DNA from: Thermoanaerobaculia bacterium
GTDB taxonomy: Bacteria > Acidobacteriota > Thermoanaerobaculia > Gp7-AA8
Direction of reading: 5' to 3'
DNA length: 64,000 nucleotides
Assembly (NCBI GenBank): GCA_036389275.1
Contig: DASVQE010000106.1
Location: forward strand, 10,178-74,177
Numbering within the stretch: position 1 is the first letter of the stretch; each line of letters opens with the position of its first letter. Below the pieces are notes generated by a model. It was not told where the DNA came from, made no database searches, and worked only from the letters and a program-made list of their open reading frames with translations. A program made the translations under genes and the position numbers. Positions 1 through 9,569 of the stretch are shown in pieces.

Positions 1-174
1 CGCGATCTGAACCGCCGGAACGCCGGCCTTCAATGCCGCTTCGGCCGCCTGATGTGCCGCCGTCACGATCGCCGCCGGCACGACCGCCGGTGGCGCGTGC
101 ACGGGCCGCGTGCGCGTCGCCGCGGTGAGAGAAAACTGTACGAAGATCAGAAGGGCAAGGAGTGTTCGTCTCAT
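1..174 (-). CDS. secreted protein, N-terminal part (gene continues beyond window start)
   Basis: Minus-strand ATG at 172-174 followed by signal-peptide-like MRRTLLALLIFVQFSLTAA; frame open to position 1; supersedes overlapping + ORF 110..415. Confidence 0.4.
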   Translation of the reverse strand, partial: MRRTLLALLIFVQFSLTAATRTRPVHAPPAVVPAAIVTAAHQAAEAALKAGVPAVQIA

Positions 175-317
175 TGGAGGCCGCATGAATTGTCAAGGCG
201 GCCTGCCGTTCGTCGAGCGACTTTGTGACGGCATTGTGATCAGGTGGACGCGGCGGCACTCGAATGTCGCACGAGGTGCCTTGAAGCATCACGATCCATG
301 CACCACAATCACTCCCG

Positions 318-1064
318 ATGCAGATCACCGCGCTCATCGTCGACGACGAGCCGCTCGCGCGGAAGCGCATTCGCAGGCTCCTGCGCGCCGCGCCCGACGT
401 GACGGTCGTCGGTGACGCGGCCGATGGCGAAGAAGCGTTGCGCCTCGTCGAGGAACAGGCCCCTCAAGTGATGTTTCTCGACGTGCAGATGCCGCGGATG
501 GACGGCTTCGAGGTGGTACGGCGCATCCCGCCGGAGTCGCGACCGCTGATCGTCTTCGTCACGGCGTATCAGCAGTACGCGCTCGAGGCGTTCCGCGCGT
601 CAGCCGTGCAGTACCTTCTGAAGCCGGTCGAGCGAGAGCCGCTCCGGCTGGCGCTGACGCGCGTGCGCGAACTGGTGGCGGCGCGATCGAGCCCGTCGCT
701 GACGGCGTTTCTCGAGCGCGTCAAGCAGAGACCTGCGTTCATGCAGCACGTCGCGGTGAAGTCGAAAGAGCGCGTGCGGCTCGTCCCGGTCGAGCAGATC
801 GACTGGTTCGAATCTGCCGGCAACTACGTGCGCCTCCACGTCGGCGGCGAGCGCTTTCTGCTGCGACAGACGATGAATGGGCTCGAGGAGAAGCTCGACC
901 CGACTCAATTCGTGCGGATCCATCGCACCACGATCGTCAACCTGCAACGCATCGGAGACACCCGGCCGGCGTCTCACGGGGACCACGTCGTCGTGCTGCA
1001 CGACGGGACGCAACTGCAGATGTCGCGCGCCTACCGCGAGCGCCTGGACGGCGCGCCGCAGTGA
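318..1064 (+). CDS. LytTR-family two-component response regulator (receiver + LytTR DNA-binding domain)
   Basis: N-terminal receiver (IVDDEPLARKRI...FLDVQMPRMDGFEV...KPV) and C-terminal LytTR-like region (VKSKERVRLVPVEQIDWFESAGNYVRLHV...FVRIHRTTIVNLQRI). Confidence 0.85.
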   Translation: MQITALIVDDEPLARKRIRRLLRAAPDVTVVGDAADGEEALRLVEEQAPQVMFLDVQMPRMDGFEVVRRIPPESRPLIVFVTAYQQYALEAFRASAVQYLLKPVEREPLRLALTRVRELVAARSSPSLTAFLERVKQRPAFMQHVAVKSKERVRLVPVEQIDWFESAGNYVRLHVGGERFLLRQTMNGLEEKLDPTQFVRIHRTTIVNLQRIGDTRPASHGDHVVVLHDGTQLQMSRAYRERLDGAPQ

Positions 1065-2761
1065 GGTACGTAGCCGTCATCGCCGGCATCTCGCTGCTTC
1101 TGCAAGAGGTGCTGGTGCGACTTGCATTCGGTCTCGGATTGCCGTCGGGCATCGGCTGGCTCGCGTTGGGCTGGGCGGAGTGGATCGTCCTCACTCCGCT
1201 GGTGATTCGCGTGGCCACCGCCGTCCCGTATCGCCGCCGCCAGACGTGGCGATTCCTCGGCATCCATCTGGTCGCCGCTCTCGTCTTCCATGCGGTTCAC
1301 CTGGCCGTCTACACGGCCATATTCGTGGCCGTTTGCGGGCCGCCACCTTCGCCGGGACCATCGCTGTGGCAGATTCTGCTGTGGTGGATCCCCGTCCACA
1401 TGCTGATGGATTTCCTTGTCTATGGCGTGACGGTGGTGGCCACGCAGATGTCGCTCTATCTGCGAGCGTCGGCACGGCGGGAACAGGAACGGCTCGCGCT
1501 GGAGCGGTCGCTGGCGCAGGCCGCCCTCGATCGGCTCCATCTCGAATTACCAGTCCACGTCGTCAGCGAGCGGCTCCTGCAGATCGAACGAACCATCGCC
1601 GTCGACGCCGACCGCGCCGAACTGATGATCGAGGAGTTCGCCGCGTCACTGCGTGAGTCGCTGAACGTCGCCACTGTGCATGCAGCGATCGAGGAAGTGG
1701 CGCAGGACGAAGCGGAATGGGAAGAGGAGCTCGCGCCAGCCGGGCGGCAATGGTCGCTTCCACTCCGCCTCCTGCTGTTGTTCAGCATCCTTCCCGCGTA
1801 CGAGTTCCTCTGGAGCGTGCTTCAGGCGGTGTTTGCGATCTGGAGAAACCAACCGCTGTCGTGGGCGCCGGTGCTTTGGGCGGCCACGCTGGCAGTCGAG
1901 TTCTTCCCCGTAACGCTGGCCATGGTATGGCTGGGCAGGCGCGTGCAACGCGTCTGGCCGCTGATCCTGATCGCAACCTTCGCCCCATGGTTGTGGGGCG
2001 CAACACTCGCGAGCCTGTGGCAAGCCGTCGGGTTTCCGCGCGACCCCGACCGTGCGCTCTTCGGTCCCTTCGATCCGGTCTTCTTCCTCGGCGTCGGGCT
2101 GGCGACCCTGGCGCACTCGCGCTACCGCGAGGCCGCCGCCGCGGCCGCGAAGGTCGCGGAGTTGGAAACGTCGATGCTGCGTACGCGCGGGACCCTTCTT
2201 CGATTGCAACTGAACCCTCACTTCCTCTTCAACTCGCTCAACTCCGTCGCCGCGCTGCTCGAGGACGACGCCTCCACCGCCCAGCGCATGGCCGCGGAGC
2301 TGCGGCACTTCGTCGTGCGCGTGCTCGAGCGCTCGGATCGGGAGGAAGTGCCGCTCCGCGAGGAGCTCGACTCGCTCGCCGCGTACCTCGCCATCGAGAA
2401 CATCCGCTTCGACGGACGCGCGGAGCTCGCCATCGACGCGAGCGACGCCGCCGAAGGTGCGCTCGTGCCCAGCTTCCTCCTGCAGCCGCTCGTGGAAAAC
2501 GCCCTGCGCCACGGCCTCCCACCCGAGACCGGCGGCTGCGTGTCCGTGCAGGCGACGGTCCGTCACGACCGAGTGCACATCGCCGTCGAAGACGACGGCC
2601 GCGGAAACGGCAGCGACCTACCAGCCCGCGAAGGCCTCGGCCTCTCGAACACGCGAGCGCGCCTGGAGCAAATGTACGGCGGCGAGTTCTCCCTCGACAT
2701 CTCCGCGCGCCGGGACGGATTCGCACTCGCGATCGCGCTTCCGTACCGCATCGCGTCGTGA
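1061..2761 (+). CDS. membrane sensor histidine kinase (LytS/YehU-type His_kinase + HATPase_c)
   Basis: ATGA start/stop overlap with upstream regulator; multiple TM helices; His-kinase region LQLNPHFLFNSLNSVAALL; HATPase_c motifs (LLQPLVENALRHG ... DDGRGNG ... GLGLSNTRARL). Confidence 0.8.
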   Translation: MRYVAVIAGISLLLQEVLVRLAFGLGLPSGIGWLALGWAEWIVLTPLVIRVATAVPYRRRQTWRFLGIHLVAALVFHAVHLAVYTAIFVAVCGPPPSPGPSLWQILLWWIPVHMLMDFLVYGVTVVATQMSLYLRASARREQERLALERSLAQAALDRLHLELPVHVVSERLLQIERTIAVDADRAELMIEEFAASLRESLNVATVHAAIEEVAQDEAEWEEELAPAGRQWSLPLRLLLLFSILPAYEFLWSVLQAVFAIWRNQPLSWAPVLWAATLAVEFFPVTLAMVWLGRRVQRVWPLILIATFAPWLWGATLASLWQAVGFPRDPDRALFGPFDPVFFLGVGLATLAHSRYREAAAAAAKVAELETSMLRTRGTLLRLQLNPHFLFNSLNSVAALLEDDASTAQRMAAELRHFVVRVLERSDREEVPLREELDSLAAYLAIENIRFDGRAELAIDASDAAEGALVPSFLLQPLVENALRHGLPPETGGCVSVQATVRHDRVHIAVEDDGRGNGSDLPAREGLGLSNTRARLEQMYGGEFSLDISARRDGFALAIALPYRIAS

Positions 2762-2925
2762 AAGAGCACACGCGCCGGTTCGCACGAACTCCGTAACTCT
2801 GCATTCCAGCGCCGCAGCCCGTCCCCAGCAGCCCCAACCGGATGTCATTCTCGTTCGGGCCGCTTTCTTTTTATTGCGGTGGGTGTGGAAAACCTGACGG
2901 CCGTCACTCCTACGGTATACCCCCA

Positions 2926-4083
2926 ATGGATCTCCTTACCTATTTGAACGAATGCCGTGGGCTCGTGACGGAGGAGATCTGCAAGATCATCCCTGCCGAT
3001 GAGCGGTACCAGTCGATCCTCTACGACCTGATGCTCGATTACCCGTTGCGCGAGGGAAAAGCGCTGCGGCCGGCCCTATGCATCGCCGTGTGCCGCGCCC
3101 TCGGCGGGAAGCTCGACTCGGTGCTGCGGTCCGCGGCGGTGCTCGAGCTCTACCACAACGCGTTCCTCATTCATGACGACATCGAAGACGAGTCGCTGAT
3201 GCGTCGCGGGTCGCCGACGCTACAGCGGCAGCACGGCGTTCCCATCGCCGTGAATGTGGGCGACGCCATGCTCGCACTCACGCTGAAGCCGTTGCTCGAC
3301 AACATCGCCCTGCTCGGACTCGGGCCGGCGCTGCGCATCCTCGAAGCGGTTTCGCACATGGTGCAGGAGTCCGTTCACGGACAGGCCCTGGAGCTCGACT
3401 GGGTGCGCCGCTCGGAGTGGGACATCGACGAAGACGACTACGTGCGCATGGTCGTCCTCAAGACCGGCTGGTACAGCTTCATCACGCCCGTGCTCATCGG
3501 CGGCATTGCCGGAAAGCTCGACGCGGAGCGCCTCGGCGAGCTCGCAGAGTTCGCGCGGCTGCTCAGCGTTGCCTTTCAGATCCAGGACGACATCCTCAAC
3601 CTCGACGGCGATCTGGCCGGCTACGGAAAAGAGATCGGCGGCGACTTGTGGGAAGGCAAGCGCACGGTCGTTCTGCTTCATCTCATGAGATGTGCGGACG
3701 AGGAAGCGCGCGCGGAGGTGCGGCGCATCCTGGAGTTGCCGCGGCCGGCCGATCCGCGGTCGAACGGCAACGGTCACGACGCGATCTCCGAGGCGTTGCT
3801 CAGCGAGCTCGTTGACGACGGCCAGCTCACCGAACAGGGGAGCGCGCGTCTTCGCGAGGCGATCGATCGCAATCGTCCGCGCCACAAGACCGAAGAGGAG
3901 ATCGAGCGGCTGATGGCGCTCATCCGCCGTCACGGCAGCATCGAGTACGCGCGCGGCGTCGCGCGCCGCTGGACCGAGGAAGCGCGCGCCCAGCTCGAGA
4001 AATGCAGCGCATGGATGATTCCGTCGGTTCACCGCAGTGTCCTCGAGGAGCTCGTGGCCTATGTCTACTCTCGGATACGTTGA
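2926..4083 (+). CDS. polyprenyl diphosphate synthase (GGPP synthase-like, trans-IPPS family)
   Basis: First aspartate-rich motif LIHDDIEDES and second FQIQDDILNL; ORF track starts at 2842 but conserved region begins near M at 2926; ~40-aa insertion before C-terminus. Confidence 0.8.
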   Translation: MDLLTYLNECRGLVTEEICKIIPADERYQSILYDLMLDYPLREGKALRPALCIAVCRALGGKLDSVLRSAAVLELYHNAFLIHDDIEDESLMRRGSPTLQRQHGVPIAVNVGDAMLALTLKPLLDNIALLGLGPALRILEAVSHMVQESVHGQALELDWVRRSEWDIDEDDYVRMVVLKTGWYSFITPVLIGGIAGKLDAERLGELAEFARLLSVAFQIQDDILNLDGDLAGYGKEIGGDLWEGKRTVVLLHLMRCADEEARAEVRRILELPRPADPRSNGNGHDAISEALLSELVDDGQLTEQGSARLREAIDRNRPRHKTEEEIERLMALIRRHGSIEYARGVARRWTEEARAQLEKCSAWMIPSVHRSVLEELVAYVYSRIR

Positions 4084-4702
4084 CGTCCTGCGGCTGCTCG
4101 ACGAAGTCAACCGCATCGGTCAAACGCAGACGCTGAAGATCGTTCTCGACTCGATCGCCGGCGCATCGCCGCGCGTCGAAACGGAAACGGCGGCCGCAGG
4201 TGCGCCGGTCAATGCGGCCACGCCGACGTTCGACGTCATCCGCACGCAGAGTCTTCTGTATGAGGAGACGCAGCGCTTGCGGAACGTTCTGCTGCAACGT
4301 CTTCACGAGATCCATCGGGGCGCGGCTCCTGCGCCTCCGCCGCCACCCGTCGCGCCCGAACCGGGCGAATGGACCGACGCCGACATCCTCGAGCTTCTCA
4401 ATGACGCGCAGATGGCGCTGCTCAAACATCCCACCGCCGCACAAGCCGCGTTCGCGGCGCTCGTGCGCGAGGGACGTCGCTACGCGGAGACCGAGAGCGG
4501 AAAAAAGTGGCTGGAAGTGCTCGGCGCGTCCGACCTCATGCGCCGCGCGCGATGGGTGTGGGAGACCACATCGCTGAACATGCTCGAAGAGGATGCTGAA
4601 ACGATCGTGCCGTCGACATACCTCGAAGCACTTCTCCGCGCAGCCGACGCGCTGAGCATGGAGGATCTCCTCGGCAAAGTGAAGGGGATGGGACATGAGT
4701 GA
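4061..4702 (+). CDS. hypothetical protein (Pro-rich linker), translationally coupled in the isoprenoid operon
   Basis: ORF 4037..4702; ATG at 4061 overlaps upstream stop; no recognisable motifs. Confidence 0.35.
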   Translation: MSTLGYVDVLRLLDEVNRIGQTQTLKIVLDSIAGASPRVETETAAAGAPVNAATPTFDVIRTQSLLYEETQRLRNVLLQRLHEIHRGAAPAPPPPPVAPEPGEWTDADILELLNDAQMALLKHPTAAQAAFAALVREGRRYAETESGKKWLEVLGASDLMRRARWVWETTSLNMLEEDAETIVPSTYLEALLRAADALSMEDLLGKVKGMGHE

Positions 4703-4994
4703 CGCGCCTGCCGGCATCGGCGAGCTGCGTTACGACTTCGTCGAGCGCAACACCGCGTTGTTCCTGCTTCTCGGCATTCTGTCGGTGGGGGAGCGTCTCG
4801 AGAGAACCGTTCTGTCCGGCGGCGTGCGAGACGGACGACCGGCAGCCGCCAACACCAGGCTCGATTACTTCACTCTCGGCCTGATCGCGCTCACCGAGCG
4901 CATCTCCGCGATGGCCGCGCATTTCGCGCAAGCGGTGCCTGAGCGTGAAGCGAGCGACGAGGTCCCGCGCGTGGATGGGGATCTGATGCGATGA
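4695..4994 (+). CDS. hypothetical small protein (99 aa) with hydrophobic segment
   Basis: ORF overlaps neighbours at both ends (4695 vs 4702; ATGA with 4991 gene), suggesting coupling; no motif. Confidence 0.3.
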   Translation: MSDAPAGIGELRYDFVERNTALFLLLGILSVGERLERTVLSGGVRDGRPAAANTRLDYFTLGLIALTERISAMAAHFAQAVPEREASDEVPRVDGDLMR

Positions 4995-6031
4995 CCGCCC
5001 GCATTTCCAACATGCTCACCAGGAGCGACTACTTCCGCCGCTCTCCCTCGCGGCTGGCCGGGCCGGCCGAGCATAAGGAGTGGCAGCACTTCATCCTCCA
5101 TACGCAGGACGTGCACCTGCTCATCAACTTCAGTCTCGTCGACGACCGCTACGCGCCCGACCGCAGGCGCGGCGAGATCGCCCGCCTGATCGTTCTGGCG
5201 CGCGGGACGGAGTGGGATGGCGACGTCGACACGTTCCAGGCCGCCGAGGTGGCCGTGCCGGCGGGACGGATCGAGGCGCGATTCGGTGAGAGCTGGATGC
5301 GCTTCGAAGACGGTCGCTATCACCTCAAGGTCGTCCTGCGCGACCGGCCCATTACGGCGGAGCTGGAGATGGAGCCGACCATCGTGCCGACCATGTCCAG
5401 CAATCAGCCGCTCTCGCGCACACGAAACATCTCGTGGCTCTTCGTGCCGCGGCTCGTGTGCCGCGGCCGCGTCACGGTCGGCGACCGCACCATCGAAGTC
5501 GACAACGCGCCCGGCTATCACGATCACAACTGGGGTCACTTCCGCTGGGACGACGACTTCTCCTGGGAGTGGGGCTCCGCACTGCCGCTCGATCCCGCCA
5601 ATCCCTGGAGCGTGGTCTACATGCGCATGTGCGATCGCGGCCGCTCGCTCTGCCGTTCGCAGGCGCTCTACATCGGATACGGCGAAGAGCAGTTCCGCTT
5701 CTTCCGCGATCAGGATCTGCGCGTGACCCTGATCGGCCGGCTCGAGCAGGAGCGTTGCCTCAAGGTCCCGCGGGTGATGGCGATGCTTTCTCCCGGCACG
5801 GCGAAGGATCTGCCGGCGGAGCTGATCGTCACCGCGCGCGCCGGAGGTGATCACGTGGAGATGCACTTCCGTCTCGAGGATGTCTCGCAACTGGTCCTGC
5901 CGAGTGAGATGCGTCTCGACGGCGTAACCACGATCAACGAAGTGAGCGGCAACGTAACGATGCGCGGAACCATCAAAGGCCGGACGGTCGAGATGGATGG
6001 TCCCGGCGTCTTCGAGTTCATCCGTGACTGA
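4991..6031 (+). CDS. CrtC/AttH-like lipocalin-fold protein (hydroxyneurosporene synthase / carotenoid 1,2-hydratase family-like)
   Basis: 346-aa ORF with YHDHNWGHFRWDDDFSWEWG region resembling the His-x-Trp core reported for CrtC-type hydratases; sits between polyprenyl synthase and FAD oxidoreductase; family assignment from memory, not searched. Confidence 0.45.
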   Translation: MTARISNMLTRSDYFRRSPSRLAGPAEHKEWQHFILHTQDVHLLINFSLVDDRYAPDRRRGEIARLIVLARGTEWDGDVDTFQAAEVAVPAGRIEARFGESWMRFEDGRYHLKVVLRDRPITAELEMEPTIVPTMSSNQPLSRTRNISWLFVPRLVCRGRVTVGDRTIEVDNAPGYHDHNWGHFRWDDDFSWEWGSALPLDPANPWSVVYMRMCDRGRSLCRSQALYIGYGEEQFRFFRDQDLRVTLIGRLEQERCLKVPRVMAMLSPGTAKDLPAELIVTARAGGDHVEMHFRLEDVSQLVLPSEMRLDGVTTINEVSGNVTMRGTIKGRTVEMDGPGVFEFIRD

Positions 6032-6443
6032 GCCGAGCGTACAGGGTCTTCTCGCCGAATCGTTCGCCGTGCTGGCGGCCGAGACGCCGCCGGCGTGGCG
6101 GCGCTTCGTCGCGTCTCTCGACGGACGCGTGGTCGAGTTGCACGTCGATGACGAGCGCTTCGCGGTGGTCTTTGCGCGCGGCGACGCGGTGATCGAGGCT
6201 GCCGGCCGCGTCGCGGACGCGCGCATCGCCACGTCGCGCCAGACGATCCTCGACGTCCTCGACGCGCGCCTCAGTCTGCGCGACGCCGTGCTCGGCGACC
6301 GCCTCGAGGTCATCGCCCCGATGTCGATGATGGAGCCGTTGCACGAGGGCATCCTCGCCTACGTCCACGGCGGAGTGCGTTCGCCGTCGTTTCCCTCGCT
6401 GCTGATGCGCTTTCGCGGTTTGACCGAATGGAGGACAGCATGA
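6024..6443 (+). CDS. SCP2 (sterol carrier)-like domain protein
   Basis: IATSRQTILDVLDARLSLRDAVLGDRLEVIAPMSMM resembles the SCP2 motif D-x-L-x-G-K-L-x-x-A-F-x-G-K-L-K-I; GTG start at 6024 is a guess (ORF track ATG at 5997 lies inside upstream gene). Confidence 0.35.
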   Translation: MTEPSVQGLLAESFAVLAAETPPAWRRFVASLDGRVVELHVDDERFAVVFARGDAVIEAAGRVADARIATSRQTILDVLDARLSLRDAVLGDRLEVIAPMSMMEPLHEGILAYVHGGVRSPSFPSLLMRFRGLTEWRTA

Positions 6444-8977
6444 CTGCAATCGATCCCGGTCCCGCCGAAGGCAATCGGCGATTTCTCGCCAGCGTGAATG
6501 TGTACGGCGCCGGCATCGCCGGCCTCTCGGCCGCGCACGAGCTGATCGAGCGCGGCTTCCGCGTCCGCATCATCGAATACGACCGGGCGATCGGGCCGGA
6601 CGGAGACGAAGGACCGGCCATCGGCGGCCTCGCCCGCAATCAATACGTTCGCGCGCCGAAGCTCCTCTCGCCGCGATGGTGGGAGATCGACGCCGACGCG
6701 ATCTGGACGGCTGAAGAATCGGACGATGCGCTGCTGCCGATCTACTTCGACCGCCAGAGCGCCGAGTTGACCGACGAGGCCAGGACATCGCTGCAGCGCG
6801 CCGCTACGGCGATCCAACGGAAGTTCGGAATGGTGGGCGTGCAGATCAGTAGCTCCGCCCGCGACGCCAAGAGCCCGAAACAGAATCGCACGCTCGGCGC
6901 GGCGCGCGCCGAAGCCATCAAAGCGACGTTGCGCGACGCGCTTCCCGGCATGACCGACGAACACTTCGCCGTCATCGAGGACGAGGCGCTGTACGAGACG
7001 TCCGACGAGCGCGGCGTGGCCATGGTCGGCATCGTCAAAGTGATCCTGCCGGGCGAGCACGGCTTTCACTTCTTTCCCGGGTACTACCGGCATCTCTTCG
7101 ACACCATGCGCCGCACGCCGATCCTCGACGATCACGGACGCGAGACCACCCGCACGGTCTACGACAACCTGACCGTGGCGCCCGACCAGAGCTTCGCCGT
7201 CGAGTCTCCGCAGCCGACCTCGCCCGACGAATCGCAGGACTACCTGCAGGTGGCGATGCGCCTGCAGCGCTACCTCGTGACCTCTCCGGCGCGGCGCGCA
7301 GCCGAGCTCGAAGACATCTCCTGGTGGCAGTACCTGCAGGGCTGGAATCCGGCCACGGGCGTGCCGCTGTACATCTACTCGCCTGCGTTCGCGCAGAACG
7401 TGAAGTTCTCCGGGCGCGTCCTGGCGGCGTTCGACGCGGAATGGGGCGACGCGCGCACGAACGGCGATACGTACATCCAGTTGCAGATGAACACATGGAC
7501 GGGCGGGAAGACGTTCGACGGCATTCTCAACGGCGGCGAGACCGACGCCTGGTTTCTGCCGTGGAGGCGCTATCTCGAGTCGCGCGGCGTGACGTTCGTC
7601 AACGCCCGCCTTCAGGGTTTCGAGGTGGAAGGCGGCGTGTTGCGGGCGATGGTCACTCCCTGGGGCGCGGACACCGCAGTCGCTGATGACGACGCGGACT
7701 ATTTCATCTCCGCGACCGACGTCGCCAGCGCGGAGACGGTGACCTCGAAGCTTCCGGCGATCGGAGTGCCGGGAAGTCTGCGCGGCTACACGACCATCGT
7801 CGCGCCGTTTCCGCCGCTGATGGGCGAGGCCGATCCGGCGTGGGCGCGGGAAAAGATCGTCCGCGATCCGCTCACCCAACCCGGTCTGCGCTACTGGGAT
7901 CGCCTGCAGACGCTCTCGGGCATTCAGTATTTCTTTGCCAACGAGTTCAAGCTCGTGAGCGGCTACATGTACTTCACCGACGCGCCGTGGGCGCTGTCGT
8001 CGATCAATCCGCAACAATTCTGGACGCACCGTCCGACGCTCGAAACGGACGGATACGTTTCCGTGATGAGCGTTGACATCGGCGACTGGCGCGCGCCGTC
8101 CAGAACGCCCACACTGCTCGGGCGAACGGCATGGAATTGCACGGAAGAAGAGATCGCGCGCGAAGTGTGGCGGCAGGTCACCACATCGTTGCTACGAAAC
8201 ACGCCCGACCTCATCCTCCCGCAGCCGGTCTGGTACAACGTCGATCAGAACATCGTCTTTGGCAAACCACCCTCCGGAACGCCCCGGAAAAACCTCACGC
8301 CTTATCAGATCCCGATCGTGGGCGACTGGAAGCGCCGTCCTGTCGGCGATCCGTGGGATCCGACTCCGACTCTGACGAATCTCAACGGTCCGATCGCCAA
8401 ACTTCCTTCGGGCGTCACGCAAGCAAAGCACGGCGGCTACCTCGTGCATTGGGACAAGCTCGTCTTCGCCGGAACGTACATGCGCACGTTCACGCGCATG
8501 ACCACCATGGAATCGGCCAATGAGTCCGCGCGCCATGCGGTGAACGCGGTCATCGATCATCTGGTCGACAAGCGCTATTGGACCGAGGTCGTCGCACGCG
8601 TCGCCCCTGCGACGGCGAATGCCGGCGAGCCGAACCTCAATAGCAATTTCACGCGCGAGTTCCCGCGGCCCAGTCCCGTCGGCGACTACTGCCGCATCTG
8701 GAATCCGGAGGAGAACGAGCTGCCGAGCGCAAGCGCGGCCCGCGACGAGGACGCGATTCGATTCGCGTGCGGACTTCCGCACATCTGGGACGTCCTTGGT
8801 ATCGAGCTGCCGGCTTCGACGGCGAGTTATCAACGCGCCATTCTCAAAGGCTGGTGGCCTCCGCCGTTCGATCCCGACGCCGCCGCCCGCGTGGCGGCGG
8901 CAATGCCGACGACCGAGTCGCTTTTCGAATCACTGGCGCGCATCCGACAAACTCTCGAGGACTCTTCCCATGAATGA
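6440..8977 (+). CDS. FAD-dependent oxidoreductase (amine oxidase / carotenoid desaturase-like) with inserted OmpA-like segment
   Basis: N-terminal dinucleotide-binding fold VNVYGAGIAGLSAAHELIERGFRVRIIE; ~130-aa insertion containing OmpA-C-like signature IYFDRQSAELTDEARTSLQRAA...NRTLGAARAEAIKATLRDAL before the fold resumes (GEHGFHFFPGYYRH); 845 aa from the ATGA-coupled ATG at 6440 (849-aa ORF in track), unusually long. Confidence 0.7.
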   Translation: MTAIDPGPAEGNRRFLASVNVYGAGIAGLSAAHELIERGFRVRIIEYDRAIGPDGDEGPAIGGLARNQYVRAPKLLSPRWWEIDADAIWTAEESDDALLPIYFDRQSAELTDEARTSLQRAATAIQRKFGMVGVQISSSARDAKSPKQNRTLGAARAEAIKATLRDALPGMTDEHFAVIEDEALYETSDERGVAMVGIVKVILPGEHGFHFFPGYYRHLFDTMRRTPILDDHGRETTRTVYDNLTVAPDQSFAVESPQPTSPDESQDYLQVAMRLQRYLVTSPARRAAELEDISWWQYLQGWNPATGVPLYIYSPAFAQNVKFSGRVLAAFDAEWGDARTNGDTYIQLQMNTWTGGKTFDGILNGGETDAWFLPWRRYLESRGVTFVNARLQGFEVEGGVLRAMVTPWGADTAVADDDADYFISATDVASAETVTSKLPAIGVPGSLRGYTTIVAPFPPLMGEADPAWAREKIVRDPLTQPGLRYWDRLQTLSGIQYFFANEFKLVSGYMYFTDAPWALSSINPQQFWTHRPTLETDGYVSVMSVDIGDWRAPSRTPTLLGRTAWNCTEEEIAREVWRQVTTSLLRNTPDLILPQPVWYNVDQNIVFGKPPSGTPRKNLTPYQIPIVGDWKRRPVGDPWDPTPTLTNLNGPIAKLPSGVTQAKHGGYLVHWDKLVFAGTYMRTFTRMTTMESANESARHAVNAVIDHLVDKRYWTEVVARVAPATANAGEPNLNSNFTREFPRPSPVGDYCRIWNPEENELPSASAARDEDAIRFACGLPHIWDVLGIELPASTASYQRAILKGWWPPPFDPDAAARVAAAMPTTESLFESLARIRQTLEDSSHE

Positions 8978-9569
8978 CGACCGCCGCGTTTCTTTCGACG
9001 ACGAGCCGCTGATCGTCGTGGACGAGCACGACTCCGTTCTCGGCTTCCGCTCGAAGGCGGAGGTGCACAAAGGCGACGGCATTCTCCACCGCGCCTTTTC
9101 CGTGTTTCTCTTCAACGAGCGCGGAGAAATCCTCATGCAACAGCGCAGCGAGGGAAAGCCGCTCTGGCCGAATTACTGGTCGAACAGTTGTTGCAGTCAT
9201 CCGCGCCGCGGCGAGGCCATGGCGGAGGCGATCCAGCGCCGGGTGGTTGAGGAGCTGGGCGTATCGGCCGAGGTCGAGTTTCTCTTTCGCTTTCAGTACC
9301 ACGCGCCGTTCGGCGAGCGCGGCAGCGAGCGTGAGTTGTGCTCTGTCTTTTTCGGGCGCTGCGATGATGAGCTGGCGGTGAACGCGAACGAAATCGGGGA
9401 GTGGGAGTGGACCTCGGTCCGCCAGTTCGAATCGTGTCTCGCGCGCTGGCCGCACCTGTACACGCCGTGGCTGAAGCTGGAATGGGCCCAAATCCGCCAG
9501 TCGCATTGGAATTTTGTCGAACGCTATGCGATGTATGTCGAGAAGGAATGCCACCCGTCCCGAGCGTAG
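8970..9569 (+). CDS. idi: isopentenyl-diphosphate delta-isomerase, type 1 (Nudix)
   Basis: HRAFSVFLFNERGEILMQQRSEGKPLWPNYWSNSCCSHP matches type-1 IDI signature (…WTNSCCSHP…E…E); start overlaps upstream stop by 8 nt. Confidence 0.85.
   Translation: MNDDRRVSFDDEPLIVVDEHDSVLGFRSKAEVHKGDGILHRAFSVFLFNERGEILMQQRSEGKPLWPNYWSNSCCSHPRRGEAMAEAIQRRVVEELGVSAEVEFLFRFQYHAPFGERGSERELCSVFFGRCDDELAVNANEIGEWEWTSVRQFESCLARWPHLYTPWLKLEWAQIRQSHWNFVERYAMYVEKECHPSRA

Noticed and set aside
110-415. + strand ORF of 101 aa upstream of the LytTR regulator
   Set aside because: Arg-rich, no motif, and overlaps a minus-strand start with a convincing signal peptide (1-174); judged spurious GC-rich ORF.
877-2796. Multiple long Arg/Ala-rich ORFs on both strands overlapping the response regulator and histidine kinase (e.g. 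877..1656 +, 1717..2796 +, 1646..2578 -)
   Set aside because: Typical antisense/alternate-frame ORFs of high-GC DNA; real genes in this region have clear domain signatures.
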